Positions 24,479 to 36,692 of a stretch of 64,000 nt of DNA are shown here, piece after piece. A model generated the notes under the pieces. It saw only the letters and a list, made by a program, of their open reading frames with translations. It was not told the DNA's origin and made no database searches. Both the position numbers and the translations under genes were made by a program. Positions within the stretch are counted from its first letter, which is position 1. Every line of letters starts with the position of its first letter. Source of the DNA: Perna viridis (taxonomy: Eukaryota); assembly GCA_037379345.1 (NCBI GenBank), contig CM074518.1:682001-746000 (forward strand), given 5' to 3'.

Positions 24479-24595
24479 ATTCACTGAAGAATTCAGCAAG
24501 CAACCATTAACTGTTTATTCCTTGTAAGCATTACCCAGGCCATAAAACAGCTGAAAAAAAAATACCACTAGCTGAGATCTGACTATAGACCACAG
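24479..24595 (+). other. Candidate upstream (5'UTR) exon of gene C
   Basis: Pyrimidine-rich acceptor TTACTTTCATTCTGATAG| and consensus donor CAG|GTAAGA. The gene C ATG directly follows an acceptor, so some upstream exon is expected. Confidence 0.35.
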
Positions 24596-26600
24596 GTAAG
24601 ATATGAATATTTATAAATCTACCAGAGAGCAATCTTGGCTCAGACTTATATAAAAGATCACAGATAAGATATGTGCATCTTTAATGCCATTCAAGAAAAG
24701 TTCACGCTCAAATTGTACACCACAGGTAAGATATGAGTATCTTTCATGTCATTCGAGAACAGTCTTCGCTCAAATTGTAGACCACAGGTAAGATATGAAT
24801 ATCTTTCATGTCATTCGAAAACTGTCTTCACTCATATTGTAGACCACAGGTAAGATATGAGTATCTTTCATTGTCATTCGAGAACAGTCTTCGCTCATAT
24901 TGTAGACCACAGGTAAGATATGAGTATCTTTCATGTCATTCGAGAACAGTCTTCACTCGTATTGTAGACCACAGGTAAGATATGAGTATCTTTCATTGTC
25001 ATTCGAGAACAGTCTTCGCTCATATTGTAGACCACAGGTAAGATATGAGTATCTTTCATGTCATTCAAGAACAGTCTTCACTCATATTGTAGACCACAGG
25101 TAAGATATGAGTATCTTTCATGTCATTCGAGAACAGTCTTCACTCAGATTGTAGACCACAGGTAAGATATGAGTTTCTTTCATGCCATTCATCTACAGTC
25201 TTCACTCAGACTGTAGACCACAGGTAAGATATGAGTATCTTTCATGCCATTCGACCAGAGAGCAATCTTGGCGCAGACTATAGACCACAAGTTAGATATG
25301 AGTAATAATCACTCCACCAGAGAACAACCTTGGCTCAGAATAAAGACCACAGTAAGACATGAGTATCTTTCATACCATTCGACCAGAGAGCAATCTGGGC
25401 GCAGACTATAGACCACAAGTTACATATGAGTATTAATCATTCTACCAGAGAACAATCTTGGCTAAGACTATAGACCACAGTAAGATATGAGAATCTTTCA
25501 TGCCATTCAAGAACAGTCTTGGCTCAGACTGTAGACCACAGATCAGATATCAGTGTCTTTCATGCCATCTGGAACAACCTTGGTTCAGACTTTGTTTGGA
25601 AGAGAACAAATTTAGATTATAGACCAGAGGTAAGATAAAGAGTATTTATCATTCCATCTGAGAACAATCTTGGTACTGATTGGAAATTGTTGCTAAAACA
25701 TGAGACTGAGAACAATAAGGCTCAAACTATAGACCACTAATAAGATATGAGTATTTATCATTCAATCTTAGATCAACCTTTGCTCTTACTGTAAACTGTT
25801 GGTAAGATAAAAGTATTTATCATTCCATCTCAGAACAATTTGACTCAAACTGTAGACTACTGGTAAGATAAAAGTATTTATCATTCCATCTCATAACAAT
25901 TTGACTCAAACTGTAGACTACTGGTAAGATAAAAGTATTTATCATTCCATCTCAGAACAATTTGACTCAAACTGTAGACTACTGGTAAGATAAAAGTATT
26001 TATCATTCCATCTCATAACAATTTGACTCAAACTGTAGACTACTGGTAAGATATGAGTATTATCATTCCACCTGAAAATAATTATGGCTATGACTGTAAA
26101 CTGCTGGTAAGATGTGAGTATTATCATTCCATCTCAGAACAATTTGACTCAAACTGTAGACTACTGGTAAGATATGAGTATTATCATTCCACCTGAAAAT
26201 AATCATGGCTATGACTGTAAACTGCTGGTAAGATGTGAGTATTATCATTCCATCTGAGAATGATCATGGCTATGACTGTAAACTGCTGGTAAGATGTATT
26301 ATCATTCCACCTGAGAATAATCATGGCTATGACTGTAAACTGCTGGTAAGATGTGAGCATTATCATTCCATCTGAGAATAATCATAGCTTTGATTGTAAA
26401 CTGCTGGTAAGATGGGAGTATTATAATTCCACCTGAGAATAATCATGGCTATGACTGTAAACTGCTGGTAAGATGTGAGCATTATCATTCCTTCTGAGAA
26501 TAATCATAGCTTTGATTGTAAACTGCTGGTAAGATGGGAGTATTATCATTCCATCTGAGAATAATCATGGCTATGACTAAAATGCTGATAAGATGGTAAG
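24582..26600. repeat. ~60-63 bp minisatellite with gradually changing subfamilies
   Basis: TGTAGACCACAGGTAAGATATGAGTATCTTTCATGTCATTCGAGAACAGTCTTCACTCATAT units grade into CTACTGGTAAGATAAAAG and CTGCTGGTAAGATG variants. Confidence 0.95.
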
Positions 26601-27224
26601 ACTATAAACCAATGTGCAACTAAGATTACTTTTTATCAATGCTTGTTGCCATATTAGTTGCTTTTGGTTAGTACCCCTTAATGTTTAGCTTAATTGTCCA
26701 TTAAATACATCTCAGTCAATGAATCTGATTTTATCAGCTATTTCTTTGTTCTTCAATTGTTTTGTGTGATATTTATTTTGGCAGGCTACTGTTGTGATAC
26801 TAAAATTAACGGCAATATCAAATGACATCATTATGTCAAATCAATTGTGACATTACCGATATACAGATTAATGTCAGTTATGAATGTTTCAAAAGAAAAA
26901 AAACATCTCAACCTATCTGAACTCAATGTGATATTTTCTGTCTCTATTTCAAATTGCTGTTTCTCTGTATGTAAATGCATTATTCATTTGCATGAAAAAC
27001 TTCACTGAAAGCCATCAATACAAAAACAAATACTAGCCAAATCAAATCCATTAGTATGTGATAACACAACATTTGACCTAGCTCCCAAAGGTCACACTGG
27101 GTCCTTCTAGTAGAAGAGCTCTTTCAGTCTGACAAGGGTTACTCTGCTAGATTAATCCATTGATTGTTTTTCAATGCAACTTAGGTCACCACATCATGGC
27201 AAGATCATTTAATGCTATTCTAGA

Positions 27225-27790
27225 AAAGCTCTCTTAGCATAGCAAGGACATTATAAGAGGTTACTCAACTAGATGAGCTCTCTTAGCATGGCAAGGACAT
27301 TATAAGAGGTTACTCAACTAGATGAGCTCTCTTAGCATGGCAAGGACATTATAAGAGGTTACTCAACTAGATGAGCTCTCTTAGCATGGCATGGGCATTA
27401 TGAATAGATTACTCCACTAGATGAGCTCTCTTAGCATGGCAGGGCATTATGAATAGGTTACTCCACTAAATGAGCTCTCTTAGCATGGCATGGGCATTAT
27501 GAATAGGTTACTCCACTAAATGAGCTCTCTTAGCATGGCAGGGGCATTATGAATAGGTTACTCCACTAAATGAGCTCTCTTAGCATGGCAGGGCATTATG
27601 AATAGGTTACTCCACTAAATGAGCTCTCTTAGCATGGCAGGGCATTATGAATAGGTTACTCCACTAAATGAGCTCTCTTAGCATGGCATGGGCATTATGA
27701 ATAGGTTACACAACTAGATGAGCTCTGTCAACATGGCAGAGGAATTAAATAAACAAATTGGGTTACTCAACTAGAAGAGTTCTCCCAGCC
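27225..27790. repeat. 49 bp minisatellite x~11
   Basis: GAGCTCTCTTAGCATGGCAGGGCATTATGAATAGGTTACTCCACTAAAT units. Confidence 0.95.
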
Positions 27791-27836
27791 TAACAAGGGC
27801 ATTAAACACATGGTTTATAATTTTCATTATTTTCAG

Positions 27837-28544
27837 ATGTTCATTATGACTACAATGGAAGGTGAAGATGAATCTGATGTTTTTGAGCAAGTTAACAAGG
27901 TTGAAGGTGAAGGGGAACCTCATGTATTTGAGCAGAGATACAAGGGAGCAAATATTGAAAAGAAGAATCCAGGAGTTACATTTGCCAACATGTTATTTAA
28001 AAGTGATCGTCATACATTCACTTGTCTGAAAGCTGTTTTTGGGATATTTGGTGGTATTTTTGCTGGCGGTATCCTGTTTGTTATCCTTGTATACAGTTTT
28101 AACTATCCTTACAATCTTGCTGGTTATATTTGCTGTGGATTTACTTTTCTAGCTTGCCTTTTACTTGCCATTTCTGTTCATGTCAGATGTATCATGGTTC
28201 TTACTATACCAAGTTTGTTCACAAGTCGAGGAAGAGTAGCCATATTAGCCTTGATATTTGGATTACTTTTGTCAAGACCAATACGAAATATCTCCAACAA
28301 CATGTCAGAAGTTTCTCGCAGCATGGCATGTAGCACAGAGCTGTTCCATAATCAGACTTACTCCCTCCGACAACAACTGGAAATACCTATTGAAAAGATT
28401 AAGGCTGCCTTGCAAAGTCAGGGAGAGGACATCAAAAAGATAGGTGATACTATAGAAGAGGCTATTGAACCTATATACAAGGCTCTTGAGGCAGTGAAAC
28501 ACCATGTAAAAGAGGTCAGTGGAGCTCTGGACTATGCATCTAAG
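27837..28544 (+). CDS. DCST-like gene C, coding exon 1 (no SH3; short acidic N-terminus, TM segments)
   Basis: Acceptor TTTTCAG|ATG. FGIFGGIFAGGILF, RCIMVLTIPSLFTSRGR and SMACSTELFHNQT are homologous to gene B exon 1. Donor AAG|GTATCA is phase 0 at the homologous position. The exact start Met is uncertain (27837, 27846 or 27855). Confidence 0.9.
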
Positions 28545-28907
28545 GTATCATATGTTTAGTTGTAAGAGTTGGAAGACATTATTGCTTGAATGAAAGACAG
28601 CAACCATATTGATTATTTTTTAACAAAACTTTAATCACTAATTAAAGACTGGTACAAAAACTGGCATCAAACCTGTATCAAATTATTTACAATGTGTTCA
28701 CAGTAATATCCTCTGATCCTTTCATCAGTTTTGTTTAAGTCATAGCCAGTCTTCTAAAACCTCAGTTTAATTCATTGTTAAGTTTATGTAGCTTTTCATC
28801 AGTTACATATTGTTCATCATTTAGAAACAAAGTTGATTTGAGAAATATAATGGGATAATGATCTTGTTAGGTTAATATTGATAAGAATAACTTTACTTTG
28901 ACTTTAG

Positions 28908-29005
28908 GAATGTGACAAAGTAATTGGAAAAGTGTACAGAAAATGTGTTAATGGTATCAATGATGCATACACAAAATGCAAAGAAACATTAAAAAATGTA
29001 GCAAG
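28908..29005 (+). CDS. DCST-like gene C, coding exon 2 (98 nt; absent from the ORF track)
   Basis: ACTTTAG|GAA TGT..GCA AG|GTAAGT. Encodes ECDKVIGKVYRKCVNGINDAYTKCKETLKNVA(R). Phases 0/2 fit both neighbours. Confidence 0.88.
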
Positions 29006-29064
29006 GTAAGTGAGGTATTATTATAAACAGGCTAAAATGTTTTGTAATGTTGTAATAATGAAAG

Positions 29065-30200
29065 AGTTCTGTCATTTACAGTAATGGTAATTCTGTCATT
29101 TATAGTGATGTCACTTCTGTAGTTTACAATGTTGTCAGTACTGTAACTTACAGTGATGTCACTTCTGTTATTTACAGTGATGTTACTTCTGTAGTTTAAA
29201 CTGTTGTAGTACTGTAACTTACAGTGATGTCACTTCTGTTATTTACAGTGATGTCACTTCTGTCATTTACAGTGATGTCACTTCTGTAGTTTACACTGTT
29301 TTCAGTACTGTAACTTGCAGTGATGTCACTTCTGTTATTTACAGTGATGTCACTTCTGTAGTTTACACTGTTTTCAGTACTGTAACTTACAGGGATGTCA
29401 TTTCTGTTATTTACAGTGATGTCACTTCTGTAGTTTACACTGTTTCCAGTACTGTAACTTACAGTGATGTCACTTCTGTAGTTTACACTGTTGTCAGTAC
29501 TGTAACTTACAGTGATGTCAGTTATATCATTTGTAGTTTACAGTGATTTCAGTACTGTTATTTATAGTGATGTCACAGAACAGTGATGTCACTTCCATTA
29601 TTTACAGTGATGTCACTTCCGTAGTTTACACTGTTGTCAGTACTGTAACTTACAGTGATGTCAGTTATATCATTTGTAGATTACAGTGATTTCAGTACTG
29701 TAATTTATAGTGATGTCACAGAACTATCATTTACAGTGATGTCACAGAACTATCATTTACAGTGATGTTAATTCTATAATTTACAGTGTTGTAAGTTCTG
29801 TCTTAAGAGTGATGTCAGTTGTTCCATTTGCTATTATGTCAGTTCTTTCATTAACAGTGATGTCAGTTCTGATATTTTCTGTGATGATAGTTCTGCCATT
29901 TACAGTGATATTACTTCTGCTTTTTACAATGACTCATAGTTCTGTCATACACAGAGATAACACACAACTACCATTTACACAGATGTCAGTTCTGTCATTG
30001 ACAGTTGTGTCAATTCTGTCATTTACATTAATGGCAATTCTGTCATTTACAGTGATGTCAGTTTTGTCATTCACACTGATATCTGTTCTGTCATTCACAC
30101 CAATATCAGTTCTGTCATTCACACTGATATCAGTTCTGTTGTTTTCAATGACTCGCAGTTCTTTCATAATAGTGATGTCACAAACTTTCATTTACAGTGA
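29065..30200. repeat. 24 bp minisatellite (intronic)
   Basis: TTTACAGTGATGTCACTTCTGTCA-like units with higher-order variants. Confidence 0.92.
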
Positions 30201-31522
30201 CATTATAGTCTTTATACTTACATCACTGTTTTAGGACAGCACTTATCAGTATGCATACTATCAAAAGTTAACAGAAGACATGAGCTTCACAATTAATTGT
30301 AACTAAGGATACATAGCAAAATCATTTAGTATAAAACCTAGGTTTAGTGTATATATCATTAATTTGTCCATTGCCATAAAGTGAAAGAAGGATGTGGTAA
30401 TGGTGGGTATCTCACTGTTTGTCGCTAAAATAAAGTTTTGTGGATGCAACTCTTCTGAAACTACTTCATGAATTCTTTTGATATACTGTGTGGTGTACTG
30501 TTGTAAAATGTAGATGTATACTACACCACCATCTTGATTTAGTGAGTTTTGTTGGAGTTTATGGAAACCTCTCCTCTGAAACTGTTCTATGAATTATTTG
30601 ATATTTTGTATGATGTCCTTGCTTCATTGCCTTTCTGTTTAGGCAAATTCCATTGAAGTTTTTGGGCAAAAGATGCTTCACAGAGCACAGCAAGATATAC
30701 CTGCTATGGGCACAAAATTAAAGCTTGATACAGATCTCAATTTTTACTGTGATTAAATGTAAAATACAGAATAATATTTTGACCAGAACAGAAGTTGTCA
30801 ATTCCTTTAACATTTGCAATAAGAATTTCAAAAAATAACAACAAAAGTGCTTTCTTATAAATGCCAGAATTTGTTTCTGGAAAATAAATAAATATCAAAA
30901 GCCTAGATGAAAAGAAATAAACAATTCACTATGTCATGGCACTTGGTCGAGATTTAAAGTCAAATAAAGAGCTTCACAGAGTGCAGTGGTGTAACTCAAA
31001 TATATACCACAAAATACAAAACTTTATAAACATTTTCAAAATCTGACCAAAAATGTAAAAAGTTGTTGTTTTTTTGGTGTGGCCCCTTCAACCCTTTACA
31101 TACTAAAAACTGTAAGAGATATCTGAAATCTGATTGAAAATGCAGGCAAGGATTTCCATAAGAAATCAAATAAATTATTTTGATATTGGACCAAAAATAA
31201 AAAAGTTTATGTTTTTGGGCATGGCCCAAAATGTGTGACCCTTTTAGTCGTAAAAAAGGTAAAGATAAGAATACCCTGTAACAATTTTTAAAACAACATT
31301 TCATAGGGAACAGGTTTACATCAGAATCATAAAAAATGGATTATTAATAAACTTTTTCTATCAATTCAATGATCCTTTTAAGCCTCTTCTTTCAAAAAAG
31401 GGGTGGGGCAAAACCTTAAAAAAAAAAAAAAGCAACAACAGAGCTTTCTGCCATGTCATTAGGAACAATGTGTTTATAGCTTTCAAAAATTAATTTCAAA
31501 ACTCAAAAATCATAAATAATTA

Positions 31523-32597
31523 CAGAGAAACCTGTCTAAATAGAACCCTGAATCATCCAACAACCTGTCTAAACAGAACCCTGAATCATCCAATGACCTG
31601 TCTAAATAGAACCATGAATCATCCAATAACCTGTCCAAACAGAATCATGAATCATCCAATAACCTGTCTAAATAGAAACATGAATCATCCAATGACCTGT
31701 CTAAAGAGAACCATGAATCGTCCAATGACCTGTCTAAACAGAACCATGAATCATCCAATGACCTGTCTAAACATAACCCTGAATTGCCCAATAACCTGTC
31801 TAAACAGAATCATGAACCATCCAATAACATGTCTAAATAGAACCCTGAATCATCCAATGACCTGTCTAAACAGAACCATGAATCATCCAATGACCTGTCT
31901 AAACAAAATTATGAATCATCCAATAACCAGTCTAAACAGAACCATGAATCATCTAATAACATGTCTAAACAGAGCCCTGAATCATCCAATAACCTGTCTA
32001 AACTGAACCCTGAATCATCCAATAACCTGTCTAAACAAGACTATTGAGAGTCCCTTTATATCAGTTTATTAATTAATTAATTAATTTGTTAATTAATTTT
32101 GACCCTGGATAAACCAAAACCATTTGAAGATCCAAAAGGTCTTCAGTTTAGGAACATGTTTCACTGCAAAGGTCCAAAAGGGGTTCAGTTTACATATGTT
32201 TCACTGTAAAGGTCCAAAAAGGGATTCTGTTTAGAAATGTTTTACTGTAAAGGGCCAAAAGGGGTTCAATTTAAACATGTTGAACTTCGGAGGTCAAAAA
32301 GGGGTTCTGTTTAGAAATGTTTTACAGTAAAGGACCAAAAGGGGTTCAGTTTAAACATGTTTTACTGTAAAGGACCAAAAGGGGTTCAGTTTAAACATGT
32401 TTTACTGTAAAGGATCAAAAGGGGTTCAGTTTAGACATGTTAAATTTCAGAGGTCCAAAAGGGGTTCTGTTTAGAAATGTTTTACTGTAAAGGGTCAAAA
32501 GGGGTTCAGTTTAAACATGTTTTACTGTTAAGGTCCAAAAGAGTTCAGTTTAGACATGTTTTATTGTAAAGGTCCAAAAGGGGTTCAGTTTAGACAG
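31523..32597. mobile_element. Tc1/pogo-type MITE remnant whose ends are amplified into 33 bp (~15x) and 40 bp (~11x) tandem arrays
   Basis: The left end TA|CAGAGAAACCTGTCTAAATAGAACCC is the near reverse complement of GGGTTCAGTTTAGACATGTTTTACTG|TA in the right array. Confidence 0.65.
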
Positions 32598-32707
32598 GCA
32601 CACTTATTTCTATGGTCAATTAAATCTTTGGTTTGATGAAAAATATAAAACTGATCATTGACTATCCTTATTCAAAGAGGTCCTGATATTATTTGATCTG
32701 ATTTCAG

Positions 32708-33944
32708 ATATGTTCCAAATTTTGATGATGTACTTTGCCAAACACTTACCATTGATGAAGTCTGTAGAGTGGTCAGCACAAATATCCTGTGTTCTCCAGT
32801 CAAGGTATTGGATCAAGCTGCTGAAAACATTGCTCAACACTTGATTAACCTTGTCAATCAAATCAAAAAATGGTTTAAGTTTGAGATCACTAATAAATCT
32901 ACAGCTGACAAAGTTTACAATGCATCTAAAACAGCCAAGGAACTTATACAAGAAGTAGGCACAGCACTGACCGAAAGGAAGGGCACCTTCACAATAGCAG
33001 TTGATATTTTCAACAAATGTTTGGCACTTTCTCTCATTCTACTTCTCATCCAGGCAGTATTTTACTTAAAGAACTACTTAGCAAAAAATGAATACGACAA
33101 CATCTATATTACCTCCAAGTTTAAAGAGTATGATTCAGCATGTAAAGAGAGAAACGAGCAAACCGTTCTTCCTCTCCGTAAAAAGGAACGAAGGACATAC
33201 ATCAATACCATACTACCAAGAATGTCATCACGTGAGCTCAGAGAAATGGAGATGGGTACTGTCCTGCTCCTACTGCACATGCTTCTAGCTGCACTGATCA
33301 TATTTATTAACTATGTGTTTTACTATATCTTGTACCTTGTTAATAGATATGGTAAGGTCAACGTAGAGGTCACTGGAGAAAGTAAAATCAACCTCAGAGT
33401 CAAAGGTGGTACTATGGCAGATTTCATAAACCTGTTCATTAAAAACATAAATATTGAAAATACATATGAAGCTAGCTACAACACAACACTCTGTCTTCCA
33501 GATCCGACAGCACCTGGCATTGATGATATCCCTGTCCTCTGTGGGGCTTATTTCACTGCGTTTATGTTTGTCATAATGCAAGCTTATGGGAAAAGACTGA
33601 ATAGAAAGATATGTGCTTTTTACTATCCAGAACAAGAGCAAGATCGCATAACTTTCTTGCATAAAAAAATGCTCTATAACAGAAAGCAAGAACACATGTT
33701 CATAAAGCAACATGTAAAGTCTCTACAATTTCAAAAGCAGGCAGAAAAAAGAATGTCGCTTAAAAACATTATACGTCCATGGTCCAAAGGTGTGGTAAAT
33801 GATAATTTCTGTATGAAATGTGGGGAAGATCAAAACTCAACTAATTCAATGAATGCATGTAAGCACCAAACATGTAAAGCAACATATTGCAAAGACTGTT
33901 ATACTGATTTTGGACAGACATGTCCTATTTGCAGAAAATATTAG
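32708..33944 (+). CDS. DCST-like gene C, terminal coding exon (DC-STAMP domain, C4C4 RING); whole protein ~680 aa
   Basis: Acceptor ATTTCAG|A (phase 2). Motifs YLKNYLAKNEYDNIYIT, VLPLRKKER, AYGKRLNRKICAFYYPEQEQDRI and CMKC..CKHQTC..YCKDC..CPIC. TAG at 33942-33944; AATAAA at 33955-33960. Confidence 0.95.
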
Positions 33945-34084
33945 AAAACTAAGCAATAAAATGTCATATGTAAGGAGAACACTTATCTGTACTAAACTAC
34001 TGGCTTTTGTTTTTGTTGAATAGCAAAATTCATGGCAACCAATTACTCAAAGCATGAATGCACCTTTTATCATAACAAAAAAAG

Positions 34085-34995
34085 TTTCAACCATAACCCC
34101 CTTTACCATTGCAATGAAAAGCTTCAACCATAACCCCTTTTATCATGAAAATGAAAAGCTTCAACCATAACCCCCTTTATCATTGCAATGAAAAGCTTCA
34201 ACCAACACCCCTTTTACCATGGCAATGAAAAGCTTCAACCAATACCCCCTTTCCCATTGCAATGAAAAGCTTCAACCAATACCCCCTTTACCATGGCAAT
34301 GGAAAGCTTCAACCATTACCCCCTTTACCATGGCAATGAAAAGCTTCAACCATTACCCCCTTTACCATTGCAATGAAAAGCTTTAACCAACACCTCCTTT
34401 ATCATGAAAATGAAAAGCTTCAACCAATACCCCCTTTATCATGGCAATGAAAAGCTTGAACCATTACCCCCTTTACCATGGCAATGGAAAGCTTCAACCA
34501 ACATCCATTGCAATGAGAAGCTTCAACCAATACCCCCTTTACCATTGCAATGAAAAGCTTCAACCATTACCCCCTTTACCATGGCAATGGAAAGCTTCAA
34601 TCATTACCCCCTTTACCATTGCAATGAAAAGCTTCAACCAATACCCCCTTTACCATGGCAATGAATAGCTTCAACCAACACCCCCTTTACCATTGCAATG
34701 AAAAGCTTCAACCAACACCCCCTTTATCATGAAAATGAAAGCTTCAACCAATACCCCCTTTATCATGGCAATGAAAAGCTTGAACCATTACCCCCTTTAC
34801 CATGGCAATGGAAAGCTTCAACCAACATCCATTGCAATGAGAAGCTTCAACCAATACCCCCTTTACCATTGCAATGAAAAGCTTCAACCAATACCCCCTT
34901 TACCATTGCAATGAAAAGCTTCAACCATTACCCCCTTTACCAAGGCAATGAATAGCTTCAACCAATACTCCTTTACCATGGCAATGAAAAACTTT
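34085..34995. repeat. 37 bp minisatellite (~24 units) downstream of gene C
   Basis: GCAATGAAAAGCTTCAACCAATACCCCCTTTACCATG units, with an internal higher-order duplication. Confidence 0.95.
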
Positions 34996-36546
34996 TTTCC
35001 TGTAATACTCATACTTTTAATAATTTCAGAAATGTGCAATAAAGATTAACGTTTTTACTAGACTTGTATCCATCGAAGAAATTGAAATTAAGACAAATTG
35101 GTCAACCACCATTTCACGTTAAAAAAATGCAGTTGGACAAGTACTTGTCTTGTCATTCACTGATTGTTTTACACTGAAACAATGGCAACATATGTTTTAA
35201 AAAATATGGAACATATATTTAGGACCAATATAGAAAATGTTTTCCAAAATTATACGAAAACCTATATATAAATTACCATATAAATAACACATGAATTTTT
35301 TTTATTTGTTTTTCATTCATTCATCCTAAACATGTTTAAAATGTCTTTCATGCAGTCCTAAAAGAAACATGAAGAAAAATTACCAAAGGTATGAAGGAAT
35401 TTAAACAAATCTAGAAAATGGAATACAAAATCAGTAATACTGCTTATTGCTTTATAACAAACTTTGATAAATCATTTACTTTCTTGCCTCTGCTAGGAAC
35501 AACAAACCCCTTTAGTTCACTCATTTTATATACTTCCTGGTTTTTTTTTTGTTTCCCTCATTCTCTGCTGTTTGAAACATTTTAGCATACTTATTGATAC
35601 TGATTTGTATGCCAGGGAATATCACTACATGGCAATTTCTTAAATTCTACAATTTTATTATATTTACCGAATTCCCTGTCAAACATTTTTCAATAATTCA
35701 CACTGTGAAATAAATTCAGAAATTTCACTCTTGGACTTTTTCCCACCAAAACATCACAACATGAATATCATTCCACCGTTCACAAAATAAATAATTAATA
35801 GCAACAAAAAATTGTAGAAGGAAATCTATATAATAAATACAATTGATTATCATGATTAATCAAAATATGATCACTCATGAAAAGCAGACATTCAGATTTA
35901 ACTTGTACACAGAATAAGTCCGGTATATTCGTTACATCTAGGTGATCATATTTTGGTTATTCAATCTTTCTATCCTATCATTATATACCTGGTTAAAGCT
36001 GTCATTTATAGAGAGGGTCAAAATTATGGACTTTTGGTGATGTTCACTTATCCCTGGATTTTAAAACTAAATTCTGAAAAGGGTAAAGTTTTCAGAAACT
36101 CTTATTTAAGTATGGAATAAAAGTAATCTTATAGCCTGAAAAAATGATTGAGTTTTTTTTTGGAATCAGTCTCAGTAATATTTATATGTTTTATTATCTC
36201 TGTATGGAGAGTATACAAATTTCATGTGCATTTTCAAGCAAATGAATATGATAAAGCATTTTGAAAAAAAAATCAAAGTACTGTTAGCACTGGAGGTTTT
36301 TATTCTAGTGAAAATTGAAGCATGAACAAACTTTCATAGATTACATGATGTAAAATAAAACTGCAATCATCCCACATTATTTAGAACTGTTTTTTCCCCT
36401 CCAAAATATAGAAACAGAATGCCCACCTTTACTACCTATTTCTGAAGTATGAACTGTAATCAATAGTTAAAAAGTATCCAACTTCACTCACATTTACAAA
36501 TTTTGTTCTCTTCAACTATTCCTAAAATTATTAAACCTGTGCAAAG

Positions 36547-36692
36547 CAGAGTTAGAAATAGTAGCCTACCTGCCAGCCCAAGACTGGCTATTTTTTGGCA
36601 GGGCTGGCTAATTTTAGCAAAAAAATATATAGCCATATAGTAAATATATTGTATTCAGGACTGGCTAGAATTTGAGTGAGTTTCCTACCCTG
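36547..36692. mobile_element. Small hAT-type MITE
   Basis: TIRs CAGAGTTAGAAA / TTTCCTACCCTG. 8-bp TSD GTGCAAAG / GTGCAAAT (7/8 match). Confidence 0.65.

Noticed and set aside
14272-33713. Antisense and alternative-frame ORFs overlapping the DCST exons
   Set aside because: Shadow ORFs of real coding exons, with no recognisable motifs.
29809-34914. Repetitive ORFs at 29809, 29934, 31593, 34441 and 34729
   Set aside because: Translations of 24-, 33- and 37-bp minisatellites in an intron or 3' flank.
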